The notes beneath the pieces were generated by a model that was not told the origin of the DNA, did not search any database, and saw only the letters and a list, made by a program, of their open reading frames with translations. The translations under genes and the position numbers were made by a program. From NCBI GenBank assembly GCA_012728015.1, contig JAAYFY010000003.1:6872-30871 (forward strand): 24,000 bases of DNA. Reading direction: 5' to 3'. The stretch is from Clostridiaceae bacterium (lineage in GTDB: Bacteria > Bacillota > Clostridia > DSM-8532). Shown here one piece after another: positions 1 through 7,822 of this stretch; within the stretch, counting starts at the first letter, position 1; each line of letters opens with the position of its first letter.

Positions 1-2
1 CC

Positions 3-290
3 GCGGTTCCTGAAAATGTTCAGCCCACTGATAGTCCTCCTGCGCCTGACAATACATCCCCGCCGGAAAACAATCCGGCCCCCGGAAGCAACCCGTCGGA
101 AGATGGATTCCAGGGAGAAGACGTGTTCTATGAGGGCCCCTCGGAAGATGAATACGATTCCGGTGAAGCAGCTGTAAGCGATGAGGGGGCTGTCATCGAA
201 GAAGGTTCTGTTCCCGAAGAAGGGCCGGTTATGGAGGAAATCCCGATCCTGGAGAACAACTCCGGCATTTCGGAGGACTATGGTTGGTAG
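3..290 (+). CDS. 3' end of a truncated CDS encoding an acidic, Pro-rich low-complexity C-terminal tail; function unknown
   Basis: Frame 3 is open from the window edge to TAG at 288-290. It translates as AVPENVQPTDSPPAPDNTSPPENNPAPGSNPSEDGF...ILENNSGISEDYGW. A hairpin with a T-run follows. No recognisable domain lies in the visible part. Confidence 0.5.
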   Translation, partial: AVPENVQPTDSPPAPDNTSPPENNPAPGSNPSEDGFQGEDVFYEGPSEDEYDSGEAAVSDEGAVIEEGSVPEEGPVMEEIPILENNSGISEDYGW

Positions 291-374
291 AATATCAGGC
301 GCATAATGGGAGGGATCCCATAAGACTAAGGTCGCCTTGCGATAAGGCGCCGAAACATCCCACGAGAACAGGAA

Positions 375-423
375 AAGGGCGGCTTCTGTTTGAACGAAAC
401 GGGTTCAGCCGCCCCTTGTTTCT
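375..423 (+). terminator. Probable rho-independent terminator of the truncated upstream gene
   Basis: AAGGGCGGCT (375-384) pairs with AGCCGCCCCTT (407-417). There is an inner GTTT/AAAC helix, and TTGTTTCT follows. Confidence 0.55.
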
Positions 424-556
424 AGTGGTTAATGTTTCCCAGCCGCGCAGCACAGCGGCCGGGTTTTACGGGATCCCTGTAAGGCCATTTGAAGCCTTAT
501 GGCCTTCCAATACAGTTTTTCATCTGTCTGCCTGATCCCGCAGTCATCTCCTTCAG

Positions 557-1399
557 TTATGCGTAGAGCATGCCCACCAGCTTTTCAACCAGCCATGAGG
601 GCAGCAGCCGTTTCAAAAAGAGTATGGCTTTGTACCCCAGGCCGACGGCCCTGCGTATGGGCGGATTTCTCCTTTTGATCATGCCATGGATCACCCTGGC
701 CACCTTTTCAGGCGAAACGCCGTTTTGCTCATCCTGCTCCATCCTGTCCAGGGACTTCCTGAACCTGCTGTAATAGGGGGAAGCCTCCCCGGCTGCTTCG
801 GCGATGACGCGGCTTGAGGTAAACCCGGTCCTGGTATCCCCAGGCTCCACCAGGCAAGCCTTTATACCGAATGGGGCAACCTCGTGCCTGAGGGCTTCAA
901 CTAAAGCTTCCAGCGCATACTTGCTGGCGCTGTACATGGACTGGTAAGGAATGGATATCAGGCCGGCAACCGAGCTGATGACAATAATTCTGCCCCGGCC
1001 CTGCTTGCGCATGGCCGGCAGCACATGCCTTATCATTCGCAAGGTGCCGAAAAAATTAACGTCAAATTGTTTTTCGGCTTCCCGGATGGAGGTGTCCTCG
1101 ATGGAGCCGGCGATTCCCATGCCTGCGTTGCTTATGAGGACATCGATGGACCCTTCTCTTTCCAGCACTGTCCTTACGGCATTTTCGGCCGATGACTCTG
1201 AGTTTACATCAAGGGGGATCATTTCAATAAAACCGCCTGAGGCGCTGGTTTTATAAGGCTTGCCGTCCATGATGCCAGCGGCTTTCCTGGATGTGCCGTA
1301 AACACGGAACCCTCTTTCCATAAGCCACTCTGCCGTGGCCTTGCCAATTCCCGAAGAAGCCCCTGTCAGCAGGACAACCTGGTTATTATTTCCCGACAT
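557..1399 (-). CDS. Classical short-chain dehydrogenase/reductase (SDR) with an amphipathic or hydrophobic C-terminal tail
   Basis: Contains the TGASSGIGKAT Rossmann motif, an NAG motif and the YSASK catalytic motif. I prefer the ATG at 1399 (MSGNNNQVVLLTGASSGIG), which is preceded by GAAAGGA. The longest ORF extends to 1489, but its N-terminus has no SDR-like sequence. Confidence 0.88.
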   Translation of the reverse strand: MSGNNNQVVLLTGASSGIGKATAEWLMERGFRVYGTSRKAAGIMDGKPYKTSASGGFIEMIPLDVNSESSAENAVRTVLEREGSIDVLISNAGMGIAGSIEDTSIREAEKQFDVNFFGTLRMIRHVLPAMRKQGRGRIIVISSVAGLISIPYQSMYSASKYALEALVEALRHEVAPFGIKACLVEPGDTRTGFTSSRVIAEAAGEASPYYSRFRKSLDRMEQDEQNGVSPEKVARVIHGMIKRRNPPIRRAVGLGYKAILFLKRLLPSWLVEKLVGMLYA

Positions 1400-1588
1400 A
1401 AACCCCATTCCTTTCATGGATCCGCCCAATGGACCGGATTTTATTAAAAATATTATACAATAACTTATTATTTCTGTCCCCGATACCAATTGCAGGAGCC
1501 GCTTTTCCGCGGCCGAACCTGGGCTTTATACAGACCGCCGATCGCCTTTCCCGATGGTTCTAAAATTCTAGTGGATATTTTATGGTTT

Positions 1589-1599
1589 TGTGATACAAT
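1589..1599 (+). promoter_or_regulatory. Candidate extended -10 element (TGTGATACAAT) for the alpha-oxoamine synthase gene
   Basis: A TG-N-TACAAT-like sequence lies about 75 nt upstream of the ATG at 1673. The -35 is not obvious. The RBS AAGGAGA sits at 1659-1665. Confidence 0.35.
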
Positions 1600-1672
1600 G
1601 GGATTAACGTATCTATCTGGTACTAGCACTAGGTCATAAAATAATCAGAATCACCGACAAGGAGATGTTACG

Positions 1673-2845
1673 ATGGACCTGTTTCAAAAATGCCATGACT
1701 ATACAGCAGTGAAAGAAGCCATTGCTGCCGGCATCTATCCTTATTTCCATGCCCTGGAATCCGGACAGGATACCGAGGTGGTCATGGAAGGGCGCAGAAC
1801 CATCATGATCGGCTCCAACAACTATTTAGGTCTGACATCTGATCCAAGGGTAAAGGAAGCCGCCAGAAAAGCCCTGGAAAAGTACGGGACGGGCTGCTCC
1901 GGTTCCAGGTTTCTCAACGGCACGCTGGATTTGCACATTGAACTGGAAAGACAGCTTGCTGAGTTTCTGAACAAAGAGTCATGCATAACATTCAGTACGG
2001 GCTTCCAGACCAACCTGGGGATTATTTCAGCCATAGCGGGGCGAAATGACTACATAATCTGCGATAAGGAAAACCATGCCAGCATTTATGACGCATGTCG
2101 TCTGAGCTTTGCCACAATGGTGCGTTACAAGCATGATGACATGGAAGACCTGGAGCGGGTACTCAGCGAGATTCCCGGCAAGAAGGGGAAGCTTATAGTG
2201 ACCGATGGCGTATTCAGCATGGGGGGCGAAATCTGCAATCTCCCGAAGATTGTTGAACTGGCCAGGAAATACGGGGCCCGGGTAATGGTGGACGATGCCC
2301 ATGCGCTGGGTGTCTTAGGCGAGAGGGGAAGAGGCACCGCCGAGTATTTCGGCCTGGAGGACGAAGTGGACATTATAATGGGAACCTTCAGCAAATCCCT
2401 GGCCAGCCTGGGCGGGTATATGGCGGCTTCCGAAGAAGTTGTCACATATGTAAAGCACAATTCAAGGCCGTTCATATTCAGCGCGTCCATCCCTCCTGCC
2501 AACGCCGCCGCAGCATTAGCCGCGCTTAACGTATTGAAAGAAGAGCCTGAGAGGGTAAAGAGGCTTAATGAGATTGCCGATTACATGAGGAAACTGCTGC
2601 GGGAAAGAAATATTCCGCTGAAAGAAAGCCAAACACCCATTATTCCCGTCATGGCCTACGATGATATAAGGACCTTCGTAATATGTAGGGAACTCCTGAA
2701 AGAGGGAGTCTACGTCAATCCTGTCATATCTCCCGCTGTTCCTCAGGGACAGAGCATGATCCGGACAAGTTATACGGCAACCCATACCAGGGAACAGATG
2801 GAAGAGGCGGCGGAAAAGTTTGTCAAGGTCTTCGCGAACTTCTGA
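1673..2845 (+). CDS. PLP-dependent alpha-oxoamine synthase (BioF/Kbl/SPT family), closest by eye to bacterial serine palmitoyltransferase
   Basis: 390 aa. The PLP-lysine motif is GTFSKSLASLGGY, with the DDAHALG motif also present. GSNNYLGLT...YGTGCSGSRFLNGT...HASIYDAC...RYKHDDMEDLERVL...YVNPVISPAVPQG matches blocks I recall from Sphingomonas SPT. Strong RBS. Confidence 0.9.
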   Translation: MDLFQKCHDYTAVKEAIAAGIYPYFHALESGQDTEVVMEGRRTIMIGSNNYLGLTSDPRVKEAARKALEKYGTGCSGSRFLNGTLDLHIELERQLAEFLNKESCITFSTGFQTNLGIISAIAGRNDYIICDKENHASIYDACRLSFATMVRYKHDDMEDLERVLSEIPGKKGKLIVTDGVFSMGGEICNLPKIVELARKYGARVMVDDAHALGVLGERGRGTAEYFGLEDEVDIIMGTFSKSLASLGGYMAASEEVVTYVKHNSRPFIFSASIPPANAAAALAALNVLKEEPERVKRLNEIADYMRKLLRERNIPLKESQTPIIPVMAYDDIRTFVICRELLKEGVYVNPVISPAVPQGQSMIRTSYTATHTREQMEEAAEKFVKVFANF

Positions 2846-2879
2846 AATATGCACTTATTTCATAGATAATAAACGATAA

Positions 2880-2922
2880 GGGCGCCTTCAGATCTCAAAC
2901 CGACCGAAGGCAGCCCTTTTTA
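2880..2922 (+). terminator. Rho-independent terminator after the alpha-oxoamine synthase gene
   Basis: GGGCGCCTTC (2880-2889) pairs with GAAGGCAGCCC (2906-2916) with one bulge. TTTTT follows. Confidence 0.7.
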
Positions 2923-2981
2923 TTCCCTTCTGCCGGCCGCCGTAACCCGGGGTGTCCACAGGTTTCCAGAGCGGCCGGGTA

Positions 2982-3014
2982 TAAAAACGGCTGCCGCCTT
3001 TTCAGGCGACAGCC
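2982..3014 (-). terminator. Rho-independent terminator of abrB (minus strand)
   Basis: On the minus strand, GGCTGTCGCC-tgaaaa-GGCGGCAGCC is followed by GTTTTTAT. It lies immediately downstream of the abrB stop. Confidence 0.7.
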
Positions 3015-3026
3015 ATGCTTTCCGGA

Positions 3027-3269
3027 TTACTCACCCTTTAAGCTTTCAAGACATTCTGAACATATATTCTTTCCCTTATAAACCGTTATATCCTTGGCGT
3101 TGTCGCAAAAGATACAAGCCGGTTCATATTTCTTCAGAATGATGGTTGCGCCGTCAACATAGATTTCCAGCGCATCCTTTTCCGCGATATCAAGCGTTCT
3201 TCTGAGCTCTATGGGCAGTACAACCCTTCCGAGCTCATCAACTTTTCTTACAATACCGGTTGATTTCAC
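3027..3269 (-). CDS. abrB: AbrB-family transition-state regulator (SpoVT/AbrB swapped-hairpin N-domain) with a 4-Cys C-terminal region
   Basis: VKSTGIVRKVDELGRVVLPIELRRTLDIAEKDALEIYVDG..ILKKYEP is nearly identical to the B. subtilis AbrB N-terminus (MKSTGIVRKVDELGRVVIPIELRRTLGIAEKDALEIYVDD). The GTG at 3269 is preceded by GGGGGGAA. The longest ORF (to 3314) adds 15 residues that do not resemble AbrB. Confidence 0.9.
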   Translation of the reverse strand: MKSTGIVRKVDELGRVVLPIELRRTLDIAEKDALEIYVDGATIILKKYEPACIFCDNAKDITVYKGKNICSECLESLKGE

Positions 3270-3498
3270 AGAAATTTCCCCCCCGTCTATATTAAATTTG
3301 ACTGTACCATTCACATCATACCATTAGTTACATTTATAGTCAATATAAATCTGGTCTAAAAATTCATATTAATGTTATTAAATGGAATATGAAAATGGCT
3401 TTGACATGTGCATTGTAACCTTTCACACATTAAAAATCAAGAATAAATGGCGCCCGATCCAATAATATATATGGGACGGGAAAAGCCGGAGCAGGTCC

Positions 3499-4119
3499 AT
3501 GCTGAATGCCATCTGGGTAATAATGATGTTTTCGGGTATTGTCACAAGTTTGTTAACCGGAAGGACTAAGGAGGTTTCGGATGCCATCCTGGCAAGTTGC
3601 AGCCAGGCGGTGAACCTCACCATAGTCATGCTTGGGGCTATGTGCCTCTGGTCCGGCCTTATGAAGGTGGCAGAGAAAGCGGGTATTGTGGATGCGCTGG
3701 CAAGGCTCTTGAAAGGCATATTCAGGTTTCTGTTTCCGGGAATACCACAAGGCCATCCGGCCAATGGAGCCATAGCCATGAGCCTGAGCGCTGATTTGCT
3801 TGGATTGGGAAACGCCGCCACGCCGCTGGGCATCCTTGCCATGAAGGAGTTATCCGGCATTAACGGCAACTCGCCTGTTGCCAGCAATGCCATGGTTATG
3901 TTCGGCGTCATCAATGCAGCGTGTATTCAGCTCATACCTTCTACCATACTTATCATTCGCCAGCAGGCGGGATCGGCGCATCCAAGCAGCATCATCCCCT
4001 GTGTGTGGATAGCCTCGCTTGTTTCGGCCATTACGGGAATTGTTTCCGCCAAGGCTCTTGAGCGGGTATCAAGGGTTCCCGGCAGCAAAGCCGAAAAGGC
4101 CCTACGGCATCTCGTCTGA
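3499..4119 (+). CDS. spmA: Spore maturation protein A (nucleoside-recognition/Gate-domain membrane protein)
   Basis: The N-terminus MLNAIWVIMMFSGIV is typical of SpmA. The protein is polytopic and hydrophobic, has a GGAG RBS 7 nt upstream, and is followed directly by spmB. Confidence 0.88.
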   Translation: MLNAIWVIMMFSGIVTSLLTGRTKEVSDAILASCSQAVNLTIVMLGAMCLWSGLMKVAEKAGIVDALARLLKGIFRFLFPGIPQGHPANGAIAMSLSADLLGLGNAATPLGILAMKELSGINGNSPVASNAMVMFGVINAACIQLIPSTILIIRQQAGSAHPSSIIPCVWIASLVSAITGIVSAKALERVSRVPGSKAEKALRHLV

Positions 4120-4145
4120 ATCCTGTTAAGAGGGTTGGGCAGACA

Positions 4146-4664
4146 ATGGCAGAGTTGCTTTCGAATGCTGCCATACCGGCAGTTTTTTTATTCATAACAG
4201 TTACAGCCTTTATCAGGGGTGTACCCGTCTTTGATACCTTCGTCGAGGGGGCGAGGGAAGGGGCGCGTACCGCGCTCAATATCCTCCCGGTGATGGTGGG
4301 AATACTGGCGGGCGTTGCCATGCTGAACGGTTCAGGGCTTATTGATATCATGACCGGCTTGCTGCAAAAGCCGACAGAAGCCGCGGGCGTTCCCCGGGAG
4401 GCGCTTCCCCTTCTTCTGATACGCCCCTTTTCAGGCAGCGCGTCATTGGGATTGTTTGCAGAGCAGATCGAAAAGGTTGGACCCGACACATTTTTAGGGC
4501 GTGCCCTGTCCACCATCATGGGCTCAAGCGAAACCGTCCTCTATACCCTTGCCGTATATTTCGGAGCGGCAAACGTTAAGAATACCCGTCATGCCATAGC
4601 GGCATCCCTTATCTCTTCCTATGCGGGAATGCTCGCTGCCGTATTTATCTGCAGGATTATATAG
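4146..4664 (+). CDS. spmB: Spore maturation protein B
   Basis: 172-aa membrane protein. AIPAVFLFITVTAFIRGVPVFDTFVEGAREG is typical of SpmB. It pairs with spmA across a 26-nt gap. Confidence 0.88.
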   Translation: MAELLSNAAIPAVFLFITVTAFIRGVPVFDTFVEGAREGARTALNILPVMVGILAGVAMLNGSGLIDIMTGLLQKPTEAAGVPREALPLLLIRPFSGSASLGLFAEQIEKVGPDTFLGRALSTIMGSSETVLYTLAVYFGAANVKNTRHAIAASLISSYAGMLAAVFICRII

Positions 4665-4739
4665 AATAGGCTGTTTCAACCGCGATATTTTCATCCTGTG
4701 TCCGATCGGATGACCGGACATGTCCATTTTTCACCTTTT

Positions 4740-4768
4740 AGAGCGCCGGTAATATTATGTAAATGTAA
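4740..4768 (+). promoter_or_regulatory. Candidate sigma-A promoter of the ABC transporter operon (TTCACC-17-TATTAT)
   Basis: The hexamers at 4740-4745 and 4763-4768 are separated by a 17-nt spacer, about 40 nt upstream of the ATG at 4810. Based on pattern alone. Confidence 0.35.
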
Positions 4769-4809
4769 AACCGGCTTCACAAAAGGCTGTCCGCGTTTCG
4801 GAGGTTGAA

Positions 4810-5580
4810 ATGGCAGAGGAACTGGTTGAAGTCAGGAACCTGGGCATGAAATACCAGAGTCCCAACGGTGAGATCGAGGCTGTAAGGGATGTATCCTTCA
4901 AGGTCAAAAAGGGTGAGTTTGTAAGCCTGGTTGGGCCCAGCGGCTGCGGCAAATCCACTATCCTGTCCATTATTTCCGGTCTGCTAAGGCCGACGTCAGG
5001 ATCGGTACAGATTGGCGGCGAATGGGTTCGCGGCGCCTCAAGGAAGGTGGGCTATATGCTCCAGAAAGACCACCTGTTTGACTGGAGAACCATATACCAG
5101 AATGTCCTGCTGGGCCTTGAGGTGCGGGGCGCCCTGAACAGGGAAAGCAGGGAACGGGCCCTGGGCCTGCTCAAAACCTACGGTCTTTATGATTTTAAGG
5201 ACAAATACCCCAACCAGCTTTCGGGAGGTATGCGCCAGAGGGCGGCGCTGATCAGGACCCTTGCTGTCGACCCTGAGATCCTGCTTTTGGACGAAGCGTT
5301 TTCGGCCCTGGACTATCAGATGCGCATCGCCGTTACTGATGATATTTACAGCATCATTAAGAGGGAACAAAAAACTGTTATCATGGTTACCCATGATATC
5401 GCAGAAAGTATCAGCATGTCCGACCGGGTCATAGTACTCTCGAAAAGGCCAGCCGCTGTTGTGGCAATCTACGATATAGAGTTTAACCTGAAGGAACGTA
5501 CACCGCTGGCATGCAGGGAAACCCGGGAATTCCCGGGATACTTCAATATGATATGGAGGGAGCTGGATATTCATGTCTGA
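4810..5580 (+). CDS. ABC transporter ATP-binding protein, NitT/TauT (nitrate/sulfonate/bicarbonate-like) family
   Basis: Walker A is GPSGCGKST, the signature is LSGGMRQR, and Walker B is LLLDEAFSALD. The RBS is GGAGG. Confidence 0.9.
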   Translation: MAEELVEVRNLGMKYQSPNGEIEAVRDVSFKVKKGEFVSLVGPSGCGKSTILSIISGLLRPTSGSVQIGGEWVRGASRKVGYMLQKDHLFDWRTIYQNVLLGLEVRGALNRESRERALGLLKTYGLYDFKDKYPNQLSGGMRQRAALIRTLAVDPEILLLDEAFSALDYQMRIAVTDDIYSIIKREQKTVIMVTHDIAESISMSDRVIVLSKRPAAVVAIYDIEFNLKERTPLACRETREFPGYFNMIWRELDIHV

Positions 5581-6403
5581 CAGGCAGGAGCCTACCCTGT
5601 CCGCGGAAAGGGCCGAATACTTAAGAAAGCTGAAGATCCGCAAGCATGCCATCCTTGCTGCCAGGATACTGATCCTCGTATCGGTTTTCGTGGTTTGGGA
5701 GATTGCCGGGAATCTCAGGCTGATTGATCCCTTCTTGACCAGCCAGCCCTCAAGGATTATCAGAACGCTGAGCAACCTTTACCTGGAAGGGGGCCTCTTC
5801 AGGCACATCGGCATCACCTGCCTGGAAACTGTAGCCGGCTTTCTGACGGGCACCATCCTGGGAACGGGCATCGCCATCATTCTGTGGTGGTCCGATTTTA
5901 TCTCGAGGGTCCTGGAACCTTACCTGGTGGTGCTAAACAGCCTTCCCAAGATCGCGCTGGGACCAATTTTCATCATATGGATCGGTCCGGGTCCCGGGGC
6001 AATAATTGTCATGGCCCTGGCGATATCGCTGATCGTTACAATTCTGGAGGTGCTCAACGGGTTCCTTTCGGCAGATCCCGAAAAGGTCAGGCTGGTGCAG
6101 ACCTTCGGGGCCAATCGCCTGCAGGTCTTCAGTAAAGTGGTGCTGCCCTCCAACATAAACTCGATCATTAATGCCCTTAAAATAAACGTGGGATTATCCT
6201 GGGTCGGTGTTATAGTGGGGGAGTTTCTGGTGTCCAGGGCAGGCCTTGGATATCTTATCGTTTATGGCGGGCAGGTCTTTCAACTGGATCTTGTCATGAC
6301 CAGTGTCATCATACTGGCCGCGGCGGCGGCTCTCATGTACCAGGGCGTGGTCTGGCTGGAAAAGAAACTGATGAAGAACCCGCAAGTTTACGGGCGGATG
6401 TAA
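5573..6403 (+). CDS. ABC transporter permease (SsuC/TauC-like, BPD_transp_1)
   Basis: Polytopic membrane protein. Its start overlaps the ATPase stop by 8 nt (ATGTCTGA), consistent with translational coupling. Confidence 0.9.
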   Translation: MSDRQEPTLSAERAEYLRKLKIRKHAILAARILILVSVFVVWEIAGNLRLIDPFLTSQPSRIIRTLSNLYLEGGLFRHIGITCLETVAGFLTGTILGTGIAIILWWSDFISRVLEPYLVVLNSLPKIALGPIFIIWIGPGPGAIIVMALAISLIVTILEVLNGFLSADPEKVRLVQTFGANRLQVFSKVVLPSNINSIINALKINVGLSWVGVIVGEFLVSRAGLGYLIVYGGQVFQLDLVMTSVIILAAAAALMYQGVVWLEKKLMKNPQVYGRM

Positions 6404-6443
6404 CGGCCGATACCGGAAATCTAGGAATTGGGGAGGGTTTATC

Positions 6444-7445
6444 ATGAAAAAGGCAGCCATGATATTGGTACTTGTAATATTGGTATCAACGCTGTTTGCG
6501 GCATGCGGTACACAGGACAAAATAAGGATCTTACTCAGCGAAGTGACCCATTCGGTTTTCTACGCGCCGCAATATGCAGCAATCAACATGGGATTTTTTG
6601 AGGAACAGGGTTTGGAGGTGGAACTGATCAACGGCCAGGGCGCGGACAAGGTTATGACGGCCGTATTGTCGGGCCAGGTTGATATAGGTTTCGCCGGCCC
6701 TGAGGCAACAATCTATGTCTATAACGAAGGCAGGGAAGACCATGCGGTGGTATTCGCCCAGCTGACCAAGAGGGATGGATCCTTCCTGGTGGGAAGGAAC
6801 CCGGAGCCGGATTTCAAATGGGAAAACCTCAGGGAGAAGGCCATTATCGGCGGACGAAAGGGCGGAGTACCCGTGATGACCCTGGAGTATGTCCTGAAAA
6901 AACATGGCCTCATACCCAACCAGGATCTCATAGTGGACACAAGCATCCAGTTTGCGGCCATGGCAGGTGCTTTCACAGGCGGTGAGGGAGATTATGTCAC
7001 CCTGTTTGAGCCTACGGCCACCATGCTTGAGAAGGAAGGAAAAGGTTATGTCCTGGCATCAGTGGGCGCTGAGAGCGGCGAGATCCCCTATACCGCATAT
7101 TTTGCCACGAAAAGCTACATCCAGAAGAACGGGGATATAATCCAGAAATTCACCAATGCCATTTATAAAGGGCAGCAGTGGGTTGACCAGCATACACCGG
7201 AGGAGATTGCCAGGGCCATCAGGCCATCTTTCCCGGATACCGATATGGAAACCCTTGAGGCGGTGGCAAAGCGATACAAGGATATCGACGCCTGGTGCAG
7301 TGATCCCGTTATGACCGAAGAATCACTGAACCTGCTTCAGGAAGTCATGCAGGAAGCGGGCGAGCTTAAGCGTCCGGCACCCCACGATAAGATTGTTGAC
7401 AACTCGTTCACATTAAAGGCCATGGAAGATATGAATCAGAAATAA
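6444..7445 (+). CDS. ABC transporter substrate-binding lipoprotein, NMT1/THI5-like family
   Basis: The signal peptide ends in the lipobox LFAAC. Motifs include VTHSVFYAPQYAAINMGFFEEQGLEVE and QVDIGFAGPEA. The RBS is GGGGAGGG. Confidence 0.85.
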   Translation: MKKAAMILVLVILVSTLFAACGTQDKIRILLSEVTHSVFYAPQYAAINMGFFEEQGLEVELINGQGADKVMTAVLSGQVDIGFAGPEATIYVYNEGREDHAVVFAQLTKRDGSFLVGRNPEPDFKWENLREKAIIGGRKGGVPVMTLEYVLKKHGLIPNQDLIVDTSIQFAAMAGAFTGGEGDYVTLFEPTATMLEKEGKGYVLASVGAESGEIPYTAYFATKSYIQKNGDIIQKFTNAIYKGQQWVDQHTPEEIARAIRPSFPDTDMETLEAVAKRYKDIDAWCSDPVMTEESLNLLQEVMQEAGELKRPAPHDKIVDNSFTLKAMEDMNQK

Positions 7446-7497
7446 TTGGTTTATGCTAAGGCTTGCCAATATCGAAAAGCCGCGATTAATGAAGAAG

Positions 7498-7572
7498 TGG
7501 CAGGGGAACAGTACCTTGACGGCTGTCTTTACAGAGACAGCGCCTTTAGTTCCCCTGTCAGTTTCTTTATTT
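7498..7572 (+). terminator. Long nested-hairpin rho-independent terminator after the ABC operon
   Basis: The outer stem is TGGCAGGGGAAC/GTTCCCCTGTCA and the inner stem is GCTGTCT/AGACAGC. GTTTCTTTATTT follows. Confidence 0.7.
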
Positions 7573-7578
7573 GGACCC

Positions 7579-7606
7579 TTGATTATGAATGTTGTTATGA
7601 TAGAAT
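7579..7606 (+). promoter_or_regulatory. Candidate sigma-A promoter (TTGATT-16-TGaTAGAAT) upstream of the purine permease
   Basis: The -35 is at 7579-7584. An extended -10 at 7598-7606 contains the TAGAAT hexamer at 7601-7606. This would give a leader of roughly 210 nt. Confidence 0.4.
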
Positions 7607-7822
7607 ATTCCTGTATAAAAATTCGACATATTGTATCAATGTTTTTTATGGCTGTTTTATCTGAATAAAGCAGAATATGCCGGTTCATTATGAGGATGGG
7701 ACCTTTGGTTTTTCCGCGGGCAGCGGTTATTCTTATTATATGGGAATGCTCCTGTCGGAAAGGCATTTCTGTATATTCAGAAAAGGCATATAAGGAAGCA
7801 TAAAAAACAGGAGGGAAACAAA

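Noticed and set aside
310-483. Two copies of GGGATCCC followed by (N)TAAG, at about 314 and about 471
   Set aside because: This is a short palindromic 8-mer with little flanking similarity. No supporting structure or further copies were seen, so it is likely coincidence.
284-535. 83-aa plus-strand ORF in the convergent gap between the truncated gene and the SDR gene
   Set aside because: It has no RBS and its composition is Arg/Pro-rich and noise-like. It spans at least two terminator-like hairpins (375-423 and AAGGCCAT/ATGGCCTT near 481-506). It is most likely non-coding intergenic sequence.
3327-3335. A single extra copy of the GTTACATTT core of the agr-promoter repeats, in the abrB/spmA intergenic region
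   Set aside because: There is no partner repeat 21 bp away on either side. One 9-mer match in 24 kb on both strands is close to chance expectation, so it is not enough to claim agr control of abrB or spmAB.
3423-3914. 163-aa minus-strand ORF overlapping spmA
   Set aside because: It is antisense to a clear SpmA coding frame and would have to start inside spmA. No RBS.
5038-5775. 245-aa minus-strand ORF antisense to the ABC ATPase and permease genes
   Set aside because: It overlaps two well-supported plus-strand genes and has no domain motifs or RBS.
7413-7766. Minus-strand 117-aa ORF and two plus-strand ORFs of about 70 aa in the gap between the ABC operon and the permease
   Set aside because: They overlap the nested terminator hairpin and the promoter-like sequence. 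They are AT-rich with odd composition, lack an RBS, and are mutually overlapping.
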